A stretch of 63,790 nucleotides of DNA, filler included. It is 7 parts of 7 records of this genome, joined end to end, with 100 filler letters (N's around TTAATTAATTAA, not from the genome) between each part and the next. Parts side by side here need not be neighbours in the genome. Positions count along the whole stretch, not along the records: positions 10,878 to 26,005 come from SRR31147125_8388; positions 26,106 to 34,972 come from SRR31147125_8427; 5 more parts are not named here. One strand, 5' to 3'. Shown here piece after piece: positions 18,640-31,939 of the stretch. The notes under the pieces are model-generated. The model saw only the letters and a program-made list of their open reading frames with translations, searched no databases and was not told where the DNA came from. Each line of letters starts with the position of its first letter. Position 1 is the stretch's first letter. A program made the position numbers and the translations under genes.

Positions 18640-20010
18640 TTACATCAACGACCATCCCTGCCGATATTCTCTGTGTAACAAGGCAGTCGCTTCCGCATTG
18701 TTTTTGATTTCCATTTTTTTCGCATCAAATTCCAGGCAATCACCCGGGAATCTCAAGGCAACATTGCCCAACAAGACCGTCTCAGTTAACGGGCCGGCAT
18801 AGAGAAAATGTGAGTTGGCTGTCTTGCGTTTTTTGCAGCACTCAATCCAGTTTTGCTCGTGGCCGTTCTCAAATCGGGGCAGTGTTTTTTGCGGAGGTGT
18901 GAAGGATTTCATTGCTGTTTCAGGGATCAATCGCGTGGAACCGCCACCATTCATGATGGTTCCCTTTTCTCCAACGATTAAAATGCCGCCGTTTGGCATA
19001 TGTCGGCCAGGTTCAAGTGCATCCGGACGAGGTGGCATAAGCCCGCCATCATACCAACTTAGTTTAACCGGTGGTTTGTCTCCCCGTGCCGGAAAATTAT
19101 AGGTTACAGTGGAAGCCAACGGATAGGATTCCCGATTGACTTGTTTTTTCCAGATATCTTTGGGATCCAGATCCTGTGAACAACTGGCATTCACACTGGT
19201 CGGGTACTTTAGCTTCAATGCGGTATAAGGTAAATCAATCGTATGGCATCCCATATCTCCCAGAGCGCCGGTACCAAAATCCAGCCAGCCGCGCCAGCTA
19301 AACGGATGATACAATTTATTAAATTCGCGATACGGCGCTGGTCCGATCCACAGATCCCAGTCCATATTTTCAGGAACCGGCATCGTTTCAGGTCTGGTGC
19401 CAATATTTTGCGGCCATACCGGGCGATTCGTCCATACATGCACTTCATGTACAGGTCCGATTGCACCAGCCCAGATCCATTCACAAATCGTGCGAATTTC
19501 TTCACCCGAGTGGTGCTGGTTGCCCATTTGTGTCACGAGCTGGGATTTCTTTGCCATATCTGCCAGTGCACGCGCCTCATAAACAGAATAGGTAAGTGGT
19601 TTTTGGGTATACACATGTTTGCCAGCTTGCATAGCTGCCATACTGACTATAGCATGAGTATGATCCGGTGTGGCAATCATAACAGCATCAATATCCTTTT
19701 CCTTTTCAAGCATCACACGATAATCTTTGTAACGCTTTGCATCTGGATACTTTTCAAACGCTTTTGCCGCACAATTCCAGTCAACGTCACAAAGAGCGAC
19801 AATGTTATCAGTTTCCATATTTTTTAAATTTGCTTTTCCCATACCGCCAACACCAACACCGGCAATATTCAATTTGTCACTGGGAGAAAGCTTATTTGTA
19901 CCTCCCAAAACATGACTTGGAACAATTGTAAATGCAGACGCAGCAGCCAATCCACCAATGAATTGCCTCCGGCTCGGCAAATTTTGATTTTTCTTTTCTT
20001 CCGTGTTCAC
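18640..20010 (-). CDS. Tat-signal Gfo/Idh/MocA oxidoreductase (copy 1)
   Basis: SRRQFIG, GVGGMG, ATPDHTH, QKP and DMGCH motifs; GTG start after AAAGGAGA. Confidence 0.92.
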   Translation of the reverse strand: MNTEEKKNQNLPSRRQFIGGLAAASAFTIVPSHVLGGTNKLSPSDKLNIAGVGVGGMGKANLKNMETDNIVALCDVDWNCAAKAFEKYPDAKRYKDYRVMLEKEKDIDAVMIATPDHTHAIVSMAAMQAGKHVYTQKPLTYSVYEARALADMAKKSQLVTQMGNQHHSGEEIRTICEWIWAGAIGPVHEVHVWTNRPVWPQNIGTRPETMPVPENMDWDLWIGPAPYREFNKLYHPFSWRGWLDFGTGALGDMGCHTIDLPYTALKLKYPTSVNASCSQDLDPKDIWKKQVNRESYPLASTVTYNFPARGDKPPVKLSWYDGGLMPPRPDALEPGRHMPNGGILIVGEKGTIMNGGGSTRLIPETAMKSFTPPQKTLPRFENGHEQNWIECCKKRKTANSHFLYAGPLTETVLLGNVALRFPGDCLEFDAKKMEIKNNAEATALLHREYRQGWSLM

Positions 20011-20226
20011 CTTCCATCTCCTTTCAACATAAAAATAAAGCACACCTCACTTGATTGAATCTTTTTTCATATAATTTTTTAATTTTGATATTAAAATGGG
20101 TGGGGAAAAATAATACATTATCCCACAGGCGAGCTTTTGCTATTTGCACAAATAACTCTAACTAATAATTTAAAAAATAATCGGATTTAACAAAGAGGAA
20201 AGTATGAAAAAGTAATATTATTTTGT

Positions 20227-20250
20227 GCCCGGGGATACCAATCCCCGGAC
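20227..20250 (-). terminator. Hairpin between the two oxidoreductase paralogues
   Basis: ccggggat...atccccgg inverted repeat. Confidence 0.5.
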
Positions 20251-20273
20251 AACACTTATTCTTATCCTGATAT

Positions 20274-21644
20274 CTATATCAATGACCAACCCTGCCGATA
20301 TTCTCTTTGCAAAAAAGCGGTCGCTTGTATATTGTTTTTAATTTCCATTTTTTGGGGATCAAACTCCAGCCCATCGCCAGGAAATCGGAGCGCGATGTTG
20401 CCCAACAAAACAGTTTCCGCTAATGGTCCGGTATAGAGAAAATGGGAATTGGCGGTTTTACGCTTTTTACAACACTCGATCCAGTTTTGTTCGTGACTTA
20501 ACTCGCATCTCGGCAAAGTCTTTGCCGGGGGCGTATAGGCTTTCATGACCGTTTCCGGGATAAGCCTCGTGGAACCGCCTCCGTTCATGATAATCCCTTT
20601 TTCACCAATGAATAACATGCCATTTTCAGGCATGGGCCTGCCGGCTTCCAGTTCCAGAGGACGGGATGGCATGAGCCCACCATCGTACCACATCAATTTC
20701 ACAGGTGGCATCTCTCCACGTGCCGGAAAATAATAAGTGACCATTGAGGCCGAAGGATAAGTTTCCTCATTCATTTCCTTTTTCCAATCATCACTGGGAT
20801 CTATATTATATGCGAGGCTGGCATTAACACTTGTGGGGTATTCCAGCTTGAGAGCCGTGAAAGGGTAATCTATGCTGTGACAGCCAATATCTCCGAGAGC
20901 ACCGGTACCAAAATCCTTCCAACCGCGCCAGTCATGCGGATGATAATAACTGTTAAAATCGCGCACTGGTGCCGGACCAAGCCATAAATCCCAATCCATA
21001 TTTTTGGGTACGGGCATGGCCGGAGGACGCGTGGCAATATTTTGCGGCCAAACCGGTCGATTCGTCCAGACGTGAACTTCATGCACTGGTCCGATAGCAC
21101 CATCCCAGATCCATTCACACAGCATGCGTATTGCCTCGCCAGAATGACCCTGATTTCCCATCTGGGTTACCACCTGAGTTCTTTTAGCCATATCCGCCAG
21201 CGCGCGTGCCTCAGCAACCGAATATGTTAGTGGTTTTTGTGTGTAAACATGTTTTCCTAATTGCATGGCTGCCATGCTCACAATAGCATGCGTATGGTCA
21301 GGCGTGGCAACAAGAACCGCATCAATATCCTTTTCTTTCTCCAACATAACACGAAAATCTTTGTATTGTTTGGCATCCGGATACTTTACAAAAGTCTTTG
21401 CCGCATAATCCCAGTCAACATCACAAAGAGCGACAATATTTTCCGTTTCCATGTTCTTCAGGTTGGATCTTCCCATACCACCAACGCCAACAGCAGCTAT
21501 ATTTAATTTGTCACTTGGAGCTGGCTTGTCTGTGCCACCCAATACATGACGGGGAACAATTGTAAAAGCAGAAGCTGTAGCAAGTGTGCCTAAAAATGTC
21601 CTCCGATTTGGACAGTGTGCCTTTGAATCGTTATTTGAATTCAC
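20274..21644 (-). CDS. Tat-signal Gfo/Idh/MocA oxidoreductase (copy 2)
   Basis: NRRTFLG plus the same motifs as copy 1; GTG start after AAAGGAGA. Confidence 0.92.
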   Translation of the reverse strand: MNSNNDSKAHCPNRRTFLGTLATASAFTIVPRHVLGGTDKPAPSDKLNIAAVGVGGMGRSNLKNMETENIVALCDVDWDYAAKTFVKYPDAKQYKDFRVMLEKEKDIDAVLVATPDHTHAIVSMAAMQLGKHVYTQKPLTYSVAEARALADMAKRTQVVTQMGNQGHSGEAIRMLCEWIWDGAIGPVHEVHVWTNRPVWPQNIATRPPAMPVPKNMDWDLWLGPAPVRDFNSYYHPHDWRGWKDFGTGALGDIGCHSIDYPFTALKLEYPTSVNASLAYNIDPSDDWKKEMNEETYPSASMVTYYFPARGEMPPVKLMWYDGGLMPSRPLELEAGRPMPENGMLFIGEKGIIMNGGGSTRLIPETVMKAYTPPAKTLPRCELSHEQNWIECCKKRKTANSHFLYTGPLAETVLLGNIALRFPGDGLEFDPQKMEIKNNIQATAFLQREYRQGWSLI

Positions 21645-21962
21645 GTTCAATCTCCTTTCTGCCATAATATGTCAAATAATATATATATAAGGTTTAAATC
21701 GAATTTCGGATATTCTTTAATGTCTAAAGTGATCAAACTGGTGGATATTGAGGAACGAACAGCTTTTATTAATCTTTACTGTTGCACAATATGAGTATAC
21801 AAAGTACTCTAATAAACTAAAAATTAAACGACTATGCAAAGGGAAAATAAAAAAAGTGACTTTTTTTAACCACCTGTGTGCATACCGAACTCGGAATCGT
21901 AAATTCTTTTGGAAATGATAGATTTGAAAAGTGATCGTTTGAGGCAGAAACTCTGAATAAAA

Positions 21963-21992
21963 ATCGTCCCGGAAATGGATTTCCGGGACGAT
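21963..21992. terminator. Intrinsic terminator after the FadL-like gene
   Basis: atcgtcccggaaat-gg-atttccgggacgat perfect inverted repeat flanked by A/T runs. Confidence 0.8.
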
Positions 21993-22048
21993 CAGTTTTT
22001 ATTTAACAAATTACACTTGAAATGCCAGATGGCTGTTTCAAGAATAAA

Positions 22049-23299
22049 TTACAAACTAAACGACAATCCAACTTCTGCATCCCATTGGTCCATGCGCAAT
22101 TCGATGGTTTGTTGCCCGGGAGCCTCAAGCGAATTGGCACCACTTATTGAGTTAGAAAACGCACGCATTAAGGCAAAATGTAATTGTATTGTTGGAAGCA
22201 CTGATTTGGTAAAACCAAATGTAACATGCTGTTTAACAACACCAGGAGCCAGGATATTAAAAAGCATTTCTTCAGCAGGAATGGGCTGATCTGTCATGGA
22301 GTAACCTGCTCTTAATGTTAAACCAGGAATGAGTTTGAGCTGAGCACCAAGTTTGTAAACAGTTATGTCTTCCCAGCCAAAACCAGCACCATTATCTGTT
22401 CCCAGTTGTGCTGTTTGCAAATTGGGTAACATTGGATTTGCAATAGAATTAACATCACTGTACATGATTTGTTGCATATCCAGTGCAATGGTTAAAATCG
22501 GCGTCGCTTTCACAGCAATACCAATCACCCAGCTGGCAGGAATATCAAAGCCACCCTGCTCGGCAAACAATCCGGCGTATTCTTCGAACTCGCCCATCTT
22601 TAATTTTGATTGATAGGACGCACCAACAGAAAGAATCGGCAGAATTTCACCCAAATAACCTACTCGCACGCCAAAGCCTGTTGAAGTAGAGGCATCATTA
22701 TTTGATAGATTATTTGCATCACCGGAGAACATACCAAATGAATTTAATCCTTTAGCTTCAAAAGATTGCCATGCAAATATACCGGTCACACCCAGGGAAT
22801 GTTTATCTAAAAACTTTTTAGCGTATGTTGCTGTAACAAAAAGCTGCATCAAATTAACACCTGTGGGGTTCTGACCAAAAGTTGGAGTTTCGTAGTCGGT
22901 ATTCATACCGCCATTGCCGTAAATAGCCAATCCAAAAGCACTATTGCCAGGCAAAGCGAGATTAACACCAACAGAAGGAATAATAAAACTTTTGCTGCCA
23001 CTTTCCACCTCACCTGGAGCTAACCCAAATGTACCTGGAAAACCTGAAGGATTTCCGGTGACGGTATAATCACGATTTGGACTAAAGAGTGATGCTGCCA
23101 CATCCACTCTTTGACCGAGGGATGTTATACTTGCAGGATTTGTTGCAGGTGCAAGGCTGTTTAAGGACAAACCAACACCAGCTCCGGCCATACTCTTGTA
23201 ATGAGTTCCATAACCATGGCTAAAATAACCATTAGTTGCGAATGTACAAGATACCAGCATACCAAGGGTCATTACTGTAGCAATTAACCTGTTAAGCAT
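22049..23299 (-). CDS. FadL/OmpP1-family outer-membrane transport protein
   Basis: Signal peptide, G....MAGAG, NPA, GMNTDY and terminal LSFSL. Confidence 0.88.
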   Translation of the reverse strand: MLNRLIATVMTLGMLVSCTFATNGYFSHGYGTHYKSMAGAGVGLSLNSLAPATNPASITSLGQRVDVAASLFSPNRDYTVTGNPSGFPGTFGLAPGEVESGSKSFIIPSVGVNLALPGNSAFGLAIYGNGGMNTDYETPTFGQNPTGVNLMQLFVTATYAKKFLDKHSLGVTGIFAWQSFEAKGLNSFGMFSGDANNLSNNDASTSTGFGVRVGYLGEILPILSVGASYQSKLKMGEFEEYAGLFAEQGGFDIPASWVIGIAVKATPILTIALDMQQIMYSDVNSIANPMLPNLQTAQLGTDNGAGFGWEDITVYKLGAQLKLIPGLTLRAGYSMTDQPIPAEEMLFNILAPGVVKQHVTFGFTKSVLPTIQLHFALMRAFSNSISGANSLEAPGQQTIELRMDQWDAEVGLSFSL

Positions 23300-23571
23300 G
23301 TCTTTCTCCTCTCTATAGATATTCTGCGATGAATTATCGGTTTACTAACTCGTTGATTCTATTTAGCCGGCCAAACATATTAAAATAAAAAGCCCTTTAC
23401 AATAGAACAAACTAGGATTTGGGAACATTGCCGTATTTTACCAGACAGAGACATTGATAATAAAAATCAAAAACAATTCAAGTTGCACAATAGTATTTGT
23501 AAGATATCACATAATAACCAATAATCACAAATTAGCCTAAATAAGCAATCGTCTTATTGTAGAATAGCTCA

Positions 23572-23606
23572 AAAAAAAAAGGTCACTATATAAAGTGACC
23601 TTTTTC
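23572..23606. terminator. Intrinsic terminator after fucP
   Basis: aaaaaaaaaggtcact-atataa-agtgacctttttt. Confidence 0.8.
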
Positions 23607-23687
23607 AATTACAACATATCCAAGTTCAGTATTAAAACATATTCAAAAACCAATAATATGCGTGTACACAAAAATATTTTTAAATTA

Positions 23688-24992
23688 TTATGGATTCGTT
23701 ACAGGCAAATCCTTTTTGCTGCCAAAAATTCCGTAATAAGCTATAACGACAAAACAACCCATAGGTACAAAATAAGCCATATTAATGCTGCCAGTTGCAT
23801 CCGAAACCTGTCCTTGAACAGCTGTCAATACAGCACCACCAAGAATAGCCATAATTAATCCGGATCCTCCAATCTTGGTATCATCACCCAGACCGCGTAA
23901 AGCCAGACCAAAAATAGTCGGGAACATCAATGACATACATCCGGAAATGCCAATAAGGGCATATACACCGATGACTCCTCCAGCAAAGATAACCGTGAAG
24001 GTGCAGCCAATCGCCAAAACAGACAACAACGCAAGTAAATTTCCAGGTGTCATATATCGCATTAAAAATGTACAGATAAAACGTGATGCTGTGAATATAA
24101 TTAATGCTGCAAGATAATAACTGGAAGCATCCGCCTCGTTAAGGTGCAGTTCCTGCATAACATAACGGATTGTAAAAGACCAGACACCGATTTGCGCGCC
24201 AACGTAAAAGAACTGAGCCACGACACCCCATACATAATGCTTATTTCGTAACAATCGTTTAAAGGTTGGTCCTAAATTAAGACGTTGATCTGTATCAGAT
24301 GCCCTGGGCATTTTAACAAACATAATCATTATCCACAGAACAACAAGAAAGAGGGCAACAGCAACATATGGTCCCATTACAGCGGTTAATTCTTTTGATT
24401 GAATGAGATGGAGTTGTTCCGGATTCATGGCCGCTCTTTCTTCAGCACTGGCCTGATTCAGGTTTGACAAGATAAAGTATTTACTCAAAATAACGCCTAG
24501 AATGGATCCAATGGGATTGAAGGATTGGGCAAAATTGAGTCTCTGAGTACCGGTTTCTTCCGGTCCCATGGCAATGATATATGGATTCGCGCTTGTTTCC
24601 AGAATAGACAACCCACCAGCCAGGATATAAAGAGCGCCAAGAAAATGAAAATAGTTCATCGTCTTACTGGCAGGGTAAAACAGGAGAGCTCCGGCGACAA
24701 AAAGTCCAAGTCCCAAAAGAACACCGGATTTGTATGTAAATTTTTTAATAAATATAGCAGCTGGAAGTGCCAGACAGAAATAGGACCCATAGAACGCAAG
24801 CTGAATCCATGATGTTTGAAAATCTGACATGCTCATAATTTTTTTAAAAGCGGCGAGCAACGTATCCGTCATATTATTAGCCAGGCCCCACCATGCAAAG
24901 CAGCTTGTTAATAAAATAAAAGGCCACAGGATATTTTTGGGAACTATACGAGTCGATTTCTCTTTACTGACCAAAATGGTGGTTTCACTCAT
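23688..24992 (-). CDS. fucP: L-fucose:H+ symporter-like MFS permease
   Basis: LETSANPY, RLNFAQSFN, QFFYVGAQ, SLMFPTIF and MAILGGA motifs. Confidence 0.9.
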   Translation of the reverse strand: MSETTILVSKEKSTRIVPKNILWPFILLTSCFAWWGLANNMTDTLLAAFKKIMSMSDFQTSWIQLAFYGSYFCLALPAAIFIKKFTYKSGVLLGLGLFVAGALLFYPASKTMNYFHFLGALYILAGGLSILETSANPYIIAMGPEETGTQRLNFAQSFNPIGSILGVILSKYFILSNLNQASAEERAAMNPEQLHLIQSKELTAVMGPYVAVALFLVVLWIMIMFVKMPRASDTDQRLNLGPTFKRLLRNKHYVWGVVAQFFYVGAQIGVWSFTIRYVMQELHLNEADASSYYLAALIIFTASRFICTFLMRYMTPGNLLALLSVLAIGCTFTVIFAGGVIGVYALIGISGCMSLMFPTIFGLALRGLGDDTKIGGSGLIMAILGGAVLTAVQGQVSDATGSINMAYFVPMGCFVVIAYYGIFGSKKDLPVTNP

Positions 24993-25720
24993 AGTACATA
25001 ACCTTTCGTTTTGCAGATGTCTCTATTGAATTATGATAATAATAATGGTCATAGCATTAAAATACAATTAAAAAATAGAGATTATTAAAAGATGCTTTAA
25101 AATTTGCTTCACATAGATATTAAAAAGAATTTATGGAACCAGAAAACCATTATGTTTAACCAACACTCTTTATCCAGTATAACAATATATAAAAGCAGAT
25201 ATTATCAATCCATTTAAATTTATTTATTGCAATGTTTAAAGAAATAATCGGTAAAAAAGATGTAGAAATACGGATTGGAAGCGGAATGTGCTATTGATTC
25301 AATGTGACTTTTATCTGCATTTTCTGCAATTCAAGTAGCTAAAATGAAGGTCATGTTCATGTCATGACGGCTTTTTATAAAAAAAATGCCCCACAAAAAT
25401 AACGCGAGGCATTTAAATTATCCTGTCCATAAGTGAATCATTTGAGTTAGATATTATCCAGAACCAGATGTTTGAGTATAATGTATATCCTTTTGATTGA
25501 ATCCAGAAGAAAAATATCAAAAATACCTGAAAAAGTACAACACAAAAAAGATGGACATCACATCATAACTGTTATTTTCTCAGATATGTTTTACCATTTA
25601 TACCTGACATATCGAACCATGCAGCAAATCCCATTAAAACAACAAGGATAGCAAGGACCAATAACCGGGTTTATGAAATAAAAATATCAAAGAGCCGGAT
25701 CCTTTTTATCAAAAAAAGGT

Positions 25721-26005
25721 TTATTTGTCTCCATTAGTAGGTAAAACCAATTTATTGAGCCAATTGATAAATTCTGTTTCCCTGATCTTATCATCCAGGA
25801 GATCTTCATCGATATTATATTGCCATCGTAGATCCTTTCGTGAAGGATCCTTAACAATGGCATCCAGTTGCTCCACGAGATTTACCATATCTTCGTGAGA
25901 TCTGAAATAGCCTTCACGAGTGAGCTTTTCTTCCCTTGCTTCAATGAGTCTGGCAATTTCATACAAGTTGTACTCAGGATGATATTGCGTTGCCCAGAAA
26001 GCCCC
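25721..26005 (-). CDS. Class I glutamine amidotransferase-like protein, 5'-partial
   Basis: Extending the listed ORF in frame to the gap gives GAFWATQYHPEYNLYEIARL, which contains the QxHPE catalytic His-Glu motif. Confidence 0.8.
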   Translation of the reverse strand, partial: GAFWATQYHPEYNLYEIARLIEAREEKLTREGYFRSHEDMVNLVEQLDAIVKDPSRKDLRWQYNIDEDLLDDKIRETEFINWLNKLVLPTNGDK

Positions 26006-26105
26006 NNNNNNNNNNNNNNNNNNNNNNNNNNNNNNNNNNNNNNNNNNNNTTAATTAATTAANNNNNNNNNNNNNNNNNNNNNNNNNNNNNNNNNNNNNNN
26101 NNNNN
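26006..26105. other. Artificial contig spacer
   Basis: N44-TTAATTAATTAA-N44. Confidence 0.99.
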
Positions 26106-26106
26106 A

Positions 26107-26583
26107 AAAAAATATTTTTTGCCACAACTTTTAGCAAGCGCTTCTTCTGCTAAAGAAGTATTAGACTATGTTGAACCGAAGATGTTAAAAGAACAAGATC
26201 AAAGCAAGAAAAAGCATAAGTTTATAATTGCTACAGTAAAGGGCGATGTTCATGATATCGGTAAAAATCTTGTGGCACTAATGCTTAAAAACCATGGATA
26301 CGATGTTTTAGATCTTGGGAAAGATGTAGACCCGAATGATATAGTAAATGCAGTGAAAGAAACAGATGCTAAGATAGTTGGGCTTTCTGCTCTTATGACG
26401 ACAACAGCCATTGAGATGGAAAAAACAATAGTACTTTTGAAAAAGAATTTTCCTGATATTGCAATTATGGTTGGCGGCGCTGTTATAAGCAAAGACTATG
26501 CTAAGTCTATTGATGCAGATTATTATGCAAAGGATGCCTTAGAATCTGTAAAACAAGCAAAAGAATATTTTGGTCAAAAATAA
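26107..26583 (+). CDS. metH: Cobalamin-binding C-terminus of a methionine synthase lacking the reactivation domain, 5'-partial
   Basis: FLPQLLASA cap, ATVKGDVHDIGKN (DxHxxG), LSALMTTT and VGGA; stops directly after the B12 domain. Confidence 0.8.
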   Translation, partial: KKYFLPQLLASASSAKEVLDYVEPKMLKEQDQSKKKHKFIIATVKGDVHDIGKNLVALMLKNHGYDVLDLGKDVDPNDIVNAVKETDAKIVGLSALMTTTAIEMEKTIVLLKKNFPDIAIMVGGAVISKDYAKSIDADYYAKDALESVKQAKEYFGQK

Positions 26584-26645
26584 ATATGTGATGAGTAGCT
26601 ATGAAAATAGTTATATATAAATTTTAATTATTAAAGGAGATACAG

Positions 26646-27371
26646 ATGCTTATAGAAGTTGACACTCATGTCCACACCGTTCTTAGCGGTCATGCTTTTT
26701 CTACAATCCATGAGAATATTCTTTTGGCAAAAGAAAAAGGTTTAAAAGGTTTTTGCTCTACAGATCATGGACCAGACCTTGCAGGTGCATCCCCAGACTT
26801 TATTCCATATACTATGAGAACATGGCCTGATTATATGAATGACATAAGAGTTTATAGGTCTTGTGAAGCTAACATAATTGGTGTTAATGGAGAGCTGGAT
26901 TATAGACAAATGTACATTGATATGCTGGATTTTGTTGCTGCTGGTATTCATACTATGGATGCAGATTACTTTAATAAGCAAAGGACTACAAAAGCATATA
27001 TTGCAGCTTATAATAATCCTTATATTGATATTGTAACTCATATAGACCACGATAGGTATATGTGCGATTTTAAAGCAGTAATCTTGGCTGCTAAAGCTAA
27101 TAATAAGCCGATTGAGATAAATAACCAATCCTATTTGTTGAGAAAAGGTTCTGATAAAAGAATTGATGAGCTTATACAGCTTTGTAAAGAGATGGAAGTT
27201 AGTATATGTGTATCAAGTGATTCTCATATCTGTTATACAATCGGAGAAGTTTCGACGGTGGAAAAGAGATTGGAATATTTTGATTTTCCAAAAGAGCTTA
27301 TTTTAAACGGAACTATCGAAAGATTCGATGCTTATTTAGAAACTAGAAAGAAACGAATAGAAAACATATAG
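26646..27371 (+). CDS. PHP-domain phosphatase (YcdX-like)
   Basis: DTHVHT..SGHAFST, TDHGP, EANI, EINN and SDSH motifs. Confidence 0.9.
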   Translation: MLIEVDTHVHTVLSGHAFSTIHENILLAKEKGLKGFCSTDHGPDLAGASPDFIPYTMRTWPDYMNDIRVYRSCEANIIGVNGELDYRQMYIDMLDFVAAGIHTMDADYFNKQRTTKAYIAAYNNPYIDIVTHIDHDRYMCDFKAVILAAKANNKPIEINNQSYLLRKGSDKRIDELIQLCKEMEVSICVSSDSHICYTIGEVSTVEKRLEYFDFPKELILNGTIERFDAYLETRKKRIENI

Positions 27372-27531
27372 AGCAATAGGTGAAATTTGATCTACAGAAA
27401 CAAAATTTTACAAATTTATTCTTTTAAATTGTAATGTGAAGCAATACTGAATATTTTGTAAGGTTTTGTTTTGTTGTTTTTATGGCAGTAAATGTATATA
27501 CAACGTGTAAGTAAGGTGTTATAATTATTAT

Positions 27532-28577
27532 ATGAAACAAGAATATGAAAATACAAAGCTTAAAAAGTCTGATTTTGACTATGATTTACCAGAAGAGCTA
27601 ATCGCTCAAACTCCACTTGAAAAAAGAGATGCTTCTAAACTACTTGTGTATGATAGGGACACTTGTAGTATTGAACACAGAGTTTTTAGCGATATAATTG
27701 AATATTTAAAAAAAGATGATGTATTGGTCGTGAACAAGACAAAAGTAATACCGGCAAGACTTTTTGGAACAAGAGAGGGGCTTAAAAATCCTGTTGAATT
27801 TTTATTGTTAAAAAGAATAAACAACACAGACTGGCACGTGATACTGAGACCAGGGAAGAGATTAAAGCCTGGTGCTAAGGTGAAGTTTTCGGATCAACTA
27901 TCAGCTGAAGTCTTGGAAAGATTAGAAGATGGTGTTTCGCTTGTAAGGTTTGCTTTTGATGGGGTGTTTGAAGAAATTTTGGATGAATTAGGGCTGATGC
28001 CACTTCCTCCTTATATTAAGGAAAAACTTTCTGATAAAGCAAGATATAATACTATTTACGCTGAGCAAGAAGGGTCGTGTGCTGCACCAACAGCTGGCTT
28101 GCATTTTACGCAAGAGCTTATAGAGGCTATTAGGAAAAAGGGTATAGAGGTTTTAGAGGTTGTTTTGCATGTGGGACTTGGAACTTTTAGACCAGTAAAA
28201 GAAGAAAACATAACCGACCATGTTATGCATAAAGAATGGTATGATATTGATGAATCGGTTGTAAATAAAATTAATCAAGTAAAGAAAAATGGTGGAAGAG
28301 TTATTGCAGTTGGTACAACGAGTGTTAGAACTTTAGAATCAGCAGTTGAAGAAGGGAAGCTTGTTGCTAAAAGCGGTGATACTGACATATTTATATATCC
28401 AGGCTATGATTTTAAAGTTGTAGACTGTTTGATAACAAACTTTCATCTTCCAAAATCCACTTTGCTTATGTTGATTAGCGCTATGATGGGAAGAGAAAAT
28501 GCGATTAACACATATGAAGTTGCTGTAAAAGAAAATATCGCTTTTTTAGTTTTGGGGATGCTATGTTTATTAAATAA
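27532..28577 (+). CDS. queA: S-adenosylmethionine:tRNA ribosyltransferase-isomerase; apparent frameshift at ~28534 near the C-terminus
   Basis: FDYDLPEELIAQ, PLPPYI, AAPTAGLHF and TNFHLPKS motifs. The canonical end YRFFSFGDAMFIK* lies in the shifted frame and ends at 28577. Confidence 0.95.
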
Positions 28578-28668
28578 AACATTTGTATTTTAAACGGATT
28601 TATTGATGTGTGCTTTAGTATGCGGTCTTTATCTTGTGTGTGATAAGGCGAAAGGAAAGGTTTTTGTT

Positions 28669-30607
<1,939 letters not shown>

Positions 30608-30762
30608 TAGTTTGGGTATTTGGTATACAAATTGCAAGGATTACAAAATATATCAATATATCTTGATTTTTTTGAGTAAAAAAAATGGAAAAAAATAAAT
30701 TATTATGTTATTATATAGTTTGAATTAGATAACATGTAATAATAGATAAGAGCAATTAGACT

Positions 30763-31893
30763 ATGAGCCGTAATATAATGACAATTGAATTTGGGACTTC
30801 TAAGATTATTTGTTCTGTGGGCAGAAAAAAAGCCAGAGGACGTTTTGAAGTTGCTAATATTTCGCGTATCGTTTATGAGGGTATTAAAAAATCAAAATGG
30901 GTTGCGCTTGATAGTGTAGCGAATAGATTACAATCAGTTTTGGATGATGCTAGGAGCAAGGTAAGAGGTGATATAGCCGATGTTTTTGTAGGTGTACCAC
31001 CCTGTTTTACAAAAGTTCACTGCTCATTTTCATCTATAGATTTTGATGATCAAAAAGTGATTATAACTCAAGATGTTATAGATGATATGATGACTAAGGC
31101 GGAGAATTTTTATGTTCCTGAAGATTTTGAACTTATTGCTTGCTCTTCGGTTTTTTTTAAAGTAGATGACCAAAACCTTTTTATCGACCCTATTGGTGTT
31201 GAGGGTAGCTATATAGAAGGTCAGTTTTCATATATGTATGCAAAAAAGAGTTTTATTAATGAGGTTAAAACTATTTTGGACATACTGGAAGTTCAAATAA
31301 CTGGATTCAAACCAGAGATTTTATGTCAAAGTTTGTTTTTAGTGCCTATGGAAGAAAGAGATTCTTCTTCTATACTTTTAGATATTGGTTTTAATGATAC
31401 AAATGTAGCTATTTCTTATGGTGATGCTATTATTTATTCTAGAGTGTTGCCTGTTGGTGGGGCTAATATTACAAGCGACCTTGCACAAGTTTTGAACATA
31501 GATACTAGAGCTGCTGAGCGGCTTAAAAGAAGATATCAATTTGATGGAAGAAACTACTCTGGTATAAAGAATGAATCCATAAGGGTTTCTGACGGCACTA
31601 TGGTTGAAATCGATAAAGCTATGATTTCTGAAATTATCGATGCAAGGGTTGACCACCTTTGCGAGTTGATATTGAGTGTTTTAGATAAGTCTAATATAGG
31701 TCTGCCAAAATCTACAAAAGTGTATTTAACAGGAGCGGGAATATCTATGATGAGAGACAGTGTTTCTTATTTGAAAGATAGATTGGGTAAAACGGTAATT
31801 ATTCCTGAGGTCGAGACAGCAAATTACTCAACACCGGATTTTTATAATTCGATTGCCCTTGTAGACTATGTATTGACTTATGATATAATATAA
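30763..31893 (+). CDS. ftsA: Cell division protein FtsA (divergent)
   Basis: EFGTSK, DIG..DT, VGGANITSDL, AERLK and LTGAG motifs; directly upstream of ftsZ. Confidence 0.85.
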   Translation: MSRNIMTIEFGTSKIICSVGRKKARGRFEVANISRIVYEGIKKSKWVALDSVANRLQSVLDDARSKVRGDIADVFVGVPPCFTKVHCSFSSIDFDDQKVIITQDVIDDMMTKAENFYVPEDFELIACSSVFFKVDDQNLFIDPIGVEGSYIEGQFSYMYAKKSFINEVKTILDILEVQITGFKPEILCQSLFLVPMEERDSSSILLDIGFNDTNVAISYGDAIIYSRVLPVGGANITSDLAQVLNIDTRAAERLKRRYQFDGRNYSGIKNESIRVSDGTMVEIDKAMISEIIDARVDHLCELILSVLDKSNIGLPKSTKVYLTGAGISMMRDSVSYLKDRLGKTVIIPEVETANYSTPDFYNSIALVDYVLTYDII

Positions 31894-31939
31894 GAATGAA
31901 AATAATTAATGTGATATCAAATTATCTGAGGGGGAAAAT

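Noticed and set aside
25430-25700. Hydrophobic reading frame (RLLVLAILVVLMGFAAWFD...) in the gap upstream of fucP
   Set aside because: It is bounded by stops with no credible start or RBS. At most it is an unidentifiable remnant.
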